DNA of 21,201 nt, taken from NCBI GenBank assembly GCA_041946805.1, contig JBHGBC010000105.1, forward strand, positions 1 through 21,201, read 5' to 3'. The position numbers and the translations under genes were made by a program. This document shows positions 8,071 through 14,730 of the stretch, piece by piece (the first letter of the stretch is position 1; every line of letters starts with the position of its first letter). Under the pieces are notes generated by a model that was given only the letters and a program-made list of their open reading frames with translations, was not told the DNA's origin and ran no database searches. This DNA comes from a bacterium. Its GTDB lineage: Bacteria > Hinthialibacterota > Hinthialibacteria > Hinthialibacterales > Hinthialibacteraceae.

Positions 8071-8361
8071 TCATCTCAGAGGCCATTCGTACCAATCCGG
8101 GATTGGGTACGGGGCGGGGCCCGGTGTATTTTCACGCGCCTGCGCCAGCAGAACCGGCGGACCGGAAATAATCCCAATCGGTTCATTTATTTCCCCAGGC
8201 CGCCGGGCCAACTGGTTGACTGGCATCTTTTCGGGCGGCCGTTCCCGGTTGTCCTGGATCAGCAACAACATCGCGGGATCGAAGGGGATATAGAATTGGG
8301 TGCAGGAACAGAGCACCAGAAAGGCCATTAGAAGCAATACCCAAAACGCCTGATTGATCAT
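8071..8361 (-). CDS. Possible small lipoprotein, 96 aa
   Basis: MINQAFWVLLLMAFLVLCSC gives a hydrophobic signal-like stretch ending in a lipobox-like LCSC. Weak SD AAGGCGGTG; proline-rich mature part; no recognised family. Confidence 0.4.
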   Translation of the reverse strand: MINQAFWVLLLMAFLVLCSCTQFYIPFDPAMLLLIQDNRERPPEKMPVNQLARRPGEINEPIGIISGPPVLLAQARENTPGPAPYPIPDWYEWPLR

Positions 8362-8567
8362 CTCACCGCCTTGGCTCGAGAGCCGGCTTTCCACAAAAGC
8401 ACAGGATCACGGATTTATTCGTAGTAATGATACTCTTTTTTGGAGTGTGTGTCAGCCTGGCCCCTCACTTCCTCTATCCACCACCGGCCGGTTTATAGTA
8501 TCCTCGCAGCCAAGCGCGAGGAAAACCTTTTCACTCGTCACATCTTATTTCACGATGAGGATTCATT

Positions 8568-9917
8568 ATGAAACCCATTACCCGCCGTACTTTTTTGGGA
8601 AATTCCGCCAAAACGGGAATCGCCGCCACCGGAATGATGGCTCTCTCCTCCGCTTCGAACGCGCGGGCCGCCAATGACAAAATCGTCGTCGGCGTGATGG
8701 GCGTGGGCGGACGCGGCAGCTGGCTGTGCCGCACATTCGCCCGCATGCCCAACGTGGAAGTAGCCTTCCTCAGCGATGCCGACGCCCGCATGCTCGTCAC
8801 CCCCGCGAAACAACTCGAGGAGGAACATGGCAAGCGCCCCAAGACCACCCAGGACTTCCGCGAAATGCTTTCCGATCCCGGTGTGGACGCTATCGTCAAC
8901 GCCACGCCGGATCACTGGCACGCCCTGGGAACCATTCTGGCCTGCCAGGCGGGCAAACATGTCTATTGTGAAAAACCCGCCTCCCATAGTTTGTGGGAAG
9001 GACGCAAGATGGTGGAAGCGGCGCGCAAATACAACCGCGTGGTGCAACTCGGAACCCAAACCCGCAGCGCCCCTTACGCCCAACACGCCGTGGAACGCCT
9101 CGCCGCGGGCGAACTGGGCGACATCCATTACATTAAAGTCTTCAACATGAAAACCCGTCCCGAACTCCCCCCTCAGCCGGACGGCCCGGTTCCCGAAGGC
9201 CTGAACTACGATCTCTGGCTCGGTCCCGCGCCCCTGCGGCCCTACAATCCCAACTTCTACGGTGGCGGGAATTGGAACTGGAAGTGGGAATACTCCGGCG
9301 GTGACATCATCAACGACGCCGTACATCAAATCGACCTGGCCCGGTGGCTGTCCGGCCAGGCCTCGCCGAAATCCGTTTACGCGGTGGGGGGCATTTTCCA
9401 ACTCAAGGATAATCAGGACACGCCCGACACGCAAATCGTCACCCTGGAATTCGAAAAACTCACCATGCTGATCCAGGTCACCCTGTGGACTCCCGCTTTG
9501 CGCAAGATCTCCCAACTCATCCGCGACAGCGACCTGTTCCCCAACTGGCCGTTCTGCGCCACTCGCGTCGAAGTCTACGGCACCAAGGGCATCATGCAAT
9601 GCGGGCGGCACGGCGGCGGCTGGCAGATCTTCATCAACGAGGAACAGCCCGGCCCCTTCGAATACGGCCGCGATCCGGCGGTTCCCCATATCGAGAATTT
9701 CCTGGAGTGCGTTCGCACGGGCGCGCGGCCCAACGCGGACATCGAGGAGGGCCACCTCTCGACGTCGCTGTGCCATCTCGCCAACATTTCCTACCGCGTG
9801 GGAGGCGAAAAACTAGACTTCGATGCCGCGGCCGAACGCTTCATCAACAACGACAACGCCAACAAACTGCTGAAGCGCACATACCGCCACCCCTGGGTGG
9901 TTCCGGAGGTGGTGTGA
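8568..9917 (+). CDS. Tat-exported Gfo/Idh/MocA family oxidoreductase, 449 aa
   Basis: Twin-arginine signal TRRTFL...ARA; Rossmann GVMGVGGRG; ATPDHWH; YCEKP; NDAVHQID. SD GAGGA. Confidence 0.93.
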   Translation: MKPITRRTFLGNSAKTGIAATGMMALSSASNARAANDKIVVGVMGVGGRGSWLCRTFARMPNVEVAFLSDADARMLVTPAKQLEEEHGKRPKTTQDFREMLSDPGVDAIVNATPDHWHALGTILACQAGKHVYCEKPASHSLWEGRKMVEAARKYNRVVQLGTQTRSAPYAQHAVERLAAGELGDIHYIKVFNMKTRPELPPQPDGPVPEGLNYDLWLGPAPLRPYNPNFYGGGNWNWKWEYSGGDIINDAVHQIDLARWLSGQASPKSVYAVGGIFQLKDNQDTPDTQIVTLEFEKLTMLIQVTLWTPALRKISQLIRDSDLFPNWPFCATRVEVYGTKGIMQCGRHGGGWQIFINEEQPGPFEYGRDPAVPHIENFLECVRTGARPNADIEEGHLSTSLCHLANISYRVGGEKLDFDAAAERFINNDNANKLLKRTYRHPWVVPEVV

Positions 9918-11095
9918 TGACCGGCCTTTTCTGTTCCCTGGTGTGGACCCTATCCATCACCAACGCTACCCTCGGGATCTCCAGCCTGCCCGGAAATCCG
10001 GTGGAAATCCCGGTGTGTTTTCAAGGAGCGCTGCCCGGTGCGCAATCCGGACAAGGTTTGCGGGGAACCTTGATATTGGACGAGCGCTCCATCCCGATTC
10101 CCATACAAACCTCCCCCAGCCACCCGGATACGTATTATTTACTTCTCCCTCTCCGGGCGGTTCCCCCGATGGGAACGGTGGAGTTGCCCTGCCGGCCGGC
10201 GGACCCGGCCCCGCCAGTTTTTGAATTTACCGAGCGGGAAGAGAAGTTTCTCGACCTGACCGAAAACGGTTTACCGGTGCTGGTTTACAACTACGGGATG
10301 GTCACTCGCGAAGGCGTGCCGGAAGACCGCTACCGTTCCAGCTATGTCCACCCCATTTATGGCATGGAGGGAGAACTCCTCACCGATGATTTCCCCGCCG
10401 ACCATCCCCATCACCGGGGATTGTTCTGGGCCTGGCCGGGCCTGGAGGTGAATGGCAAGCCGGTCGATCTTTGGCACATGCGGGGCATCCGTCACCGGTT
10501 CGAAAAATGGCTGTACCAGGAAACCGGCCCGGTCTGCGCGTTGCTGGGTGTACAGAACGGCTGGTACATGGGAGACACGAAAGCCGCCGAGGAGCAGGTG
10601 GAATTCACGGTCTACCGCGCGGGCCGGACCGGCCGCGCCATCGATATCTGTATCCGCCTTCAGGCGACCGGCCAGCCCTTGGTGCTCGCCGGGCAATCGG
10701 ACCTGTCCAAAGGATACGGAGGCCTGAATTTCCGCCTTCCTCCCGGCGCGGATCGAAAGATCACCAGCATAGAAGGTCTGTTGGCCCAGGACAGCGATCA
10801 AGTCCCCATGCCGTGGGTGGATTATTCCCAAAAATTCCACCAGCGCGGCCAATTCTCGGGCGTTTCGATCTTCGTGGATCCCGGTCATCCCAACTTTCCC
10901 CCAGGATGGACGATCCGGTATTACGGCATTTTCGGAGTCGCCTGGCCGGGTACGCATACGGTCAATCTCACTCCCGAGGATCCCAAATCCATCGAGCTGC
11001 GCTACCGCCTCTGGATTCATAAGGGCAACGTGGACGAGGGCCGGGTGCGCGAGGCGCTGCAGGTATTTTTGAATACGAAAATCATACAGCCCTGA
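9917..11095 (+). CDS. DUF6807 / 'PmoA family'-like secreted protein, 392 aa (not a methane monooxygenase)
   Basis: Signature YVHP...LTDDFPADHPHHRGLFWAW, KGYGGLNFR, PPGWTIRYYG, LRYRLWIH. ATG overlaps the upstream stop (TGATG). Confidence 0.75.
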   Translation: MTGLFCSLVWTLSITNATLGISSLPGNPVEIPVCFQGALPGAQSGQGLRGTLILDERSIPIPIQTSPSHPDTYYLLLPLRAVPPMGTVELPCRPADPAPPVFEFTEREEKFLDLTENGLPVLVYNYGMVTREGVPEDRYRSSYVHPIYGMEGELLTDDFPADHPHHRGLFWAWPGLEVNGKPVDLWHMRGIRHRFEKWLYQETGPVCALLGVQNGWYMGDTKAAEEQVEFTVYRAGRTGRAIDICIRLQATGQPLVLAGQSDLSKGYGGLNFRLPPGADRKITSIEGLLAQDSDQVPMPWVDYSQKFHQRGQFSGVSIFVDPGHPNFPPGWTIRYYGIFGVAWPGTHTVNLTPEDPKSIELRYRLWIHKGNVDEGRVREALQVFLNTKIIQP

Positions 11096-11156
11096 ACAGG
11101 GTTGGGATAAGACGTAGGGTATGGAGATAAAATCGGCAGGATTCAGCGAAGAGTAA

Positions 11157-11363
11157 GGTTTTCCCTCACCCTGGCCCTCTCCCAGAAGGAGAGGGGATCA
11201 GAAAAGAGAGGTTTTTTGGTTAGCGGATTGAACCACGGATGACACGGATTCAGCAAAGATGACACGGAAAAAGGATTTGAGGGGATAAAGCGTCAATCTG
11301 AAAGTAAACGCAATCCCGGATGGTTTTCCCTCACCCTGGCCCTCTCCCAGAAGGAGAGGGGAT
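11157..11363 (+). repeat. Two identical 42-bp BoxC-like repeats (11157-11198, 11322-11363)
   Basis: GGTTTTCCCTCACCCTGGCCCTCTCCCAGAAGGAGAGGGGAT occurs twice with starts 165 bp apart, each followed shortly by GAGAGGTTTT. Confidence 0.85.
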
Positions 11364-11448
11364 TTCGGAGAGGTTTTCATCGATCAATTCGAGGTGACCC
11401 GAAACGGACCTCTGATAAAAAGTACGCCCGGACCGGATGAACCTTGAT

Positions 11449-11757
11449 TCAGATAACTTCCCCCAGCTTCCGTAACAGGTCGAACGTGTAGATACCCGTG
11501 TTATGGCCGTCGCTGAAATCGATTTTATATCCGTAATTCCCCACCGGGCGCATTCCCAGCACCCGCAACGGTTTCAAGTCAGCGGACGTCAAAATGGGAA
11601 GCGCCAGGGGATCGGGCGCCGGCTTCTCCCGGCAGGACGCGCAGGGACAATGGTCCCGCAACTCCTTGATCCCGTAGGCTCTCCGCTGCCCGTCGCTCCA
11701 CGCGATGACGATCCGGTCCTCCCCCTGGCGTTCGATCTTGGCTGGTTGCGTGCTCAT
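11449..11757 (-). CDS. DUF971 / gamma-butyrobetaine hydroxylase-like N-terminal domain protein, 102 aa
   Basis: IAWSDG, LRDHCPCASC, PVGNYG, FSDGHNTGIYTFDLLR. Confidence 0.9.
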   Translation of the reverse strand: MSTQPAKIERQGEDRIVIAWSDGQRRAYGIKELRDHCPCASCREKPAPDPLALPILTSADLKPLRVLGMRPVGNYGYKIDFSDGHNTGIYTFDLLRKLGEVI

Positions 11758-11950
11758 GGACCGTTTTTCCCTTTCTTGCCCCTTGGGCCGTAATCCGTCT
11801 CCCCGGCGGACCGGCGCGGCGTCCGGCCGGCCTTTCCCCTATTGGAGGTTGACATGATTCATAATATGGGGATGAATAACTCTCCGGAAGCATCCGGGCG
11901 TCCCCCGGCCGGATTGCCTCCTCCACCTGAAGCCGCTACATTGAAAAATC

Positions 11951-12751
11951 ATGGAAGATACGTCCGTACGTCTGCCCGTGGTTGTTCCCGGATTCAGCGG
12001 CCCCCTGGATCTCCTGGTTCAATTGATCGCCAAGAAAGATCTGGATATCTTCTCCATTTCGATCGCCGCGATCACCGATGACTATATCCAAATCATCCGT
12101 GCGATGGACCAGAAGGACCTGGACGAGGCGGGGGAATACCTGGTTCTGGCCGCCACCCTGATCCGCTACAAGGCCCGCGCCCTGCTTCCCCGGGATGAAA
12201 ACCGGCCGGAAGACGAGGAAGAAACCGAACAAATTCTGGAACAACGCCGCCAGGAATACGAACGCTTCCGCGAACTGGCCGACGAATTGCGGCGGCGCGA
12301 GGAAATCAACGCCAACCTCTTTCCCCGCCTCGGCCCGCCTCCCGAAGGCAAGGGCGAGGTTATAGAATACACCGAGGTCAGCGTGTATGACCTCTACCAG
12401 ACGTTCCAGAAGATCATCCAGGAAATCGGCGCCTCGAAACCGCGGGAAATCATCGGTGAAACGTATTCCGTCGACGAAAAAATGCTCGAAATCGAGGCTT
12501 TGATCACGCACAACCAGCGGGTGGTCATCACCGACTATCTCCGCTCCTTGCGTTCCAAACTGGAAATCATCGTCGTGTTCCTGGCCATGCTGGAAATGAT
12601 CCGCCTCAAGGAAATCAAGGCCGTCCAGGACCGCATCCACGGGGAAATCATCCTGGAAAAAGGGGACAAACCCATCCGGGATTATACCCGGGATCTCGAT
12701 GAAGACCCGGACGGGGAGGATTTGGACGGCGAGGTCGAAACCCATCCCTGA
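11951..12751 (+). CDS. scpA: Segregation and condensation protein A (kleisin), 266 aa
   Basis: FSGPLDLLVQLI, AGEYLVLAATLIRYKARALLP, IIVVFLAMLEM. Confidence 0.93.
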   Translation: MEDTSVRLPVVVPGFSGPLDLLVQLIAKKDLDIFSISIAAITDDYIQIIRAMDQKDLDEAGEYLVLAATLIRYKARALLPRDENRPEDEEETEQILEQRRQEYERFRELADELRRREEINANLFPRLGPPPEGKGEVIEYTEVSVYDLYQTFQKIIQEIGASKPREIIGETYSVDEKMLEIEALITHNQRVVITDYLRSLRSKLEIIVVFLAMLEMIRLKEIKAVQDRIHGEIILEKGDKPIRDYTRDLDEDPDGEDLDGEVETHP

Positions 12752-12770
12752 TCTTCAGCCGAAAATCACT

Positions 12771-13463
12771 ATGGACATGGATAAAGAACCGCTCACCGGG
12801 GCCGTGGAAGCGTTGATCTTCGTTTCCGGCGATCCCGTCCCGATCAAACGCCTCGCCGAAGTGCTCGAAGCGCCCGACGACGCGCTCCGCGAAGCCATCG
12901 AGGCCCTGAACCAGCGTTATCTCGAAACCGGGTCGGCCCTCCAGGTTCTCGAAGTCGCCGGCGGATTGCAGCTGCGGACCCGGCCGGTTTACAGCCAGGC
13001 TGTCAACCGTTTTCTGGAACGGAAACGCAAGACCTCCCTCAGCGGGCCGGCGCTCGAAACCCTGGCCATCATCGCCTACAAACAACCCATCACCCGGGCG
13101 GAAATCGAGGCCATCCGCGGCGTAATGGTCGACGGCGTGCTGAAATCCATCCTCGACAAACGCCTGATCAAGGTCGCGGGCGTCAAGGAAGTGCCCGGAC
13201 ACCCCAACCTCTACCGGACCACCAAGCATTTTCTCGAATATTTCGGCATTAGTTCCCTGAAGGATTTACCGCCCATCGCAGACATCGAAAAAACCTTCTC
13301 CAGCCGGTCCGGCGCGGAAGAAGAGGAAGCCGCGGCGGACAACGCGCCACCCGCGGATACCCTTCCGGACTCTGGGGAATCCTTGATTCCCCCGACCGGC
13401 GATTTACCCTTAGACCATGACCCAACCACCGAGCCCCCCCCGGAATCTCATCCGGCTGAATAA
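12771..13463 (+). CDS. scpB: Segregation and condensation protein B
   Basis: VEALIFVS, LSGPALETLAIIAYKQPITRAEIEAIRGV, LYRTTKHFLEYFGISSLKDLP. Start is 12771 or 12777. Confidence 0.95.
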   Translation: MDMDKEPLTGAVEALIFVSGDPVPIKRLAEVLEAPDDALREAIEALNQRYLETGSALQVLEVAGGLQLRTRPVYSQAVNRFLERKRKTSLSGPALETLAIIAYKQPITRAEIEAIRGVMVDGVLKSILDKRLIKVAGVKEVPGHPNLYRTTKHFLEYFGISSLKDLPPIADIEKTFSSRSGAEEEEAAADNAPPADTLPDSGESLIPPTGDLPLDHDPTTEPPPESHPAE

Positions 13464-14199
13464 GTTCCTGGCCCGCCACGGCTTGTGTTCCCGCCGCCAA
13501 GCTGACGAGTGGATCCTCGCCGGGCGTGTCGCGGTGGACGGCCTCATCCAGCGGACCGTAGGCGTTCAGGTCGATCCCTCCCGCCAGACGGTCGCCGTCG
13601 ACGGCCGGCCCTTGACACAGGCCCCGCCGCTTCTGTATATCGCCCTGCACAAGCCCCTCGGCGTCGTAACCACCTGTCAGGATCCCCAAGGACGCAAGAC
13701 GGTGCTTGACCTGCTGCCGGAATCCTGGCAAGGCCAGGGCGTTTTCCCCGTGGGACGCCTGGATTACGATTCCTCCGGCCTTCTGCTGCTGACTAACGAC
13801 GGCGGTTGGGGCCAGATTCTTCTCCATCCCCGCCACCAGGTTTGGAAGGAATACCGGGTGACCACCGATCAAGTTTTAACCCCGGATCAACGAAAATGGT
13901 TGGAGCAGGGTGTGGTCCTCGACAACCAACGGACCGCTCCCGCGCGCGTCACTTTGTTGAAATCAGGAGAAGTGGAGTCCCGGCGGTTCCAGATCGCCAT
14001 TCGGGAGGGACGCAACCGCCAGATCCGCCGGATGTGCGCCGCGGTGGGGGTCACGGTGGTATCGCTTCGAAGGGTCCGCATCGGTTCCATTAACCTGGGA
14101 AAACTCCCCCCGGGAGCTTGCCGTCCCTTGACACCAGAGGAGGTGAACAGCATTTTCCAATTGGGACAAAGCCATCCCGCCGCCGCATCGGCCACTTGA
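13417..14199 (+). CDS. rluB: RsuA/RluB family rRNA pseudouridine synthase, 260 aa
   Basis: S4 domain RLNKFLA...SRRQADEWI; catalytic VGRLDYDSSGLLLLTNDG; EGRNRQIRRM; usual scpAB-rluB synteny. Confidence 0.88.
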   Translation: MTQPPSPPRNLIRLNKFLARHGLCSRRQADEWILAGRVAVDGLIQRTVGVQVDPSRQTVAVDGRPLTQAPPLLYIALHKPLGVVTTCQDPQGRKTVLDLLPESWQGQGVFPVGRLDYDSSGLLLLTNDGGWGQILLHPRHQVWKEYRVTTDQVLTPDQRKWLEQGVVLDNQRTAPARVTLLKSGEVESRRFQIAIREGRNRQIRRMCAAVGVTVVSLRRVRIGSINLGKLPPGACRPLTPEEVNSIFQLGQSHPAAASAT

Positions 14200-14619
14200 A
14201 ATCCAATCCGGTTCGATATAATGATTGCCGGCTGGAGGCCGGGGACGCGCTTGAAGGCCAGACGGAAGCCGCCCCCGGCAGCGGCTCAGGGGACGGAATC
14301 CCGGAAAAAACCCATTGCTTCCTGAAATCTAGGTCATACATTATTTAAGGAATAAAGGCAGGTTCATCAGCGCGGGCGTATTTTATAGGAAGCGCGATGG
14401 GCATTTGGCCAGGCTGATTGAAGAGAATCACTCCAAATCCCTTCTCTCCGGAAGAGGAGTAGGGTGAGGAAGCCCTGCAAGGTCGCAATACAAAATATCC
14501 CCGCAATCGGGTAGATCGTTGCATATTGTTTTTTTAGGCTTCTTTGGTAACAATCAACAGAATCCGGTTCCGCCGCGAGATCAAGAGGCGCGCCATCACA
14601 GAATGAACCGGAAAAATCG

Positions 14620-14628
14620 TTATCCACA
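14620..14628 (+). promoter_or_regulatory. Perfect DnaA-box match upstream of topA
   Basis: TTATCCACA, about 100 bp before the topA start; only one copy seen. Confidence 0.35.
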
Positions 14629-14730
14629 CAGGATGTATGATTGACATGGATCGATCCCGCGTGAGGCAGGATCGGTTGCATCCCTTCACGCGTCAGGGAA
14701 TAACACTGTAGGTAGTACGAGGATATTCCA

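Noticed and set aside
9485..9916. N-terminal 144-aa extension of the DUF6807 ORF
   Set aside because: It overlaps the oxidoreductase in another frame; the TGATG coupling at 9917 is the better start.
9917..11095. Methane monooxygenase subunit PmoA
   Set aside because: Soluble protein without the multiple TM helices of true PmoA, and no pmoC or pmoB nearby.
11157..11363. Possible CRISPR array
   Set aside because: Only two 42-bp copies with a 123-bp spacer, no cas genes, and the unit is dispersed elsewhere in the window.
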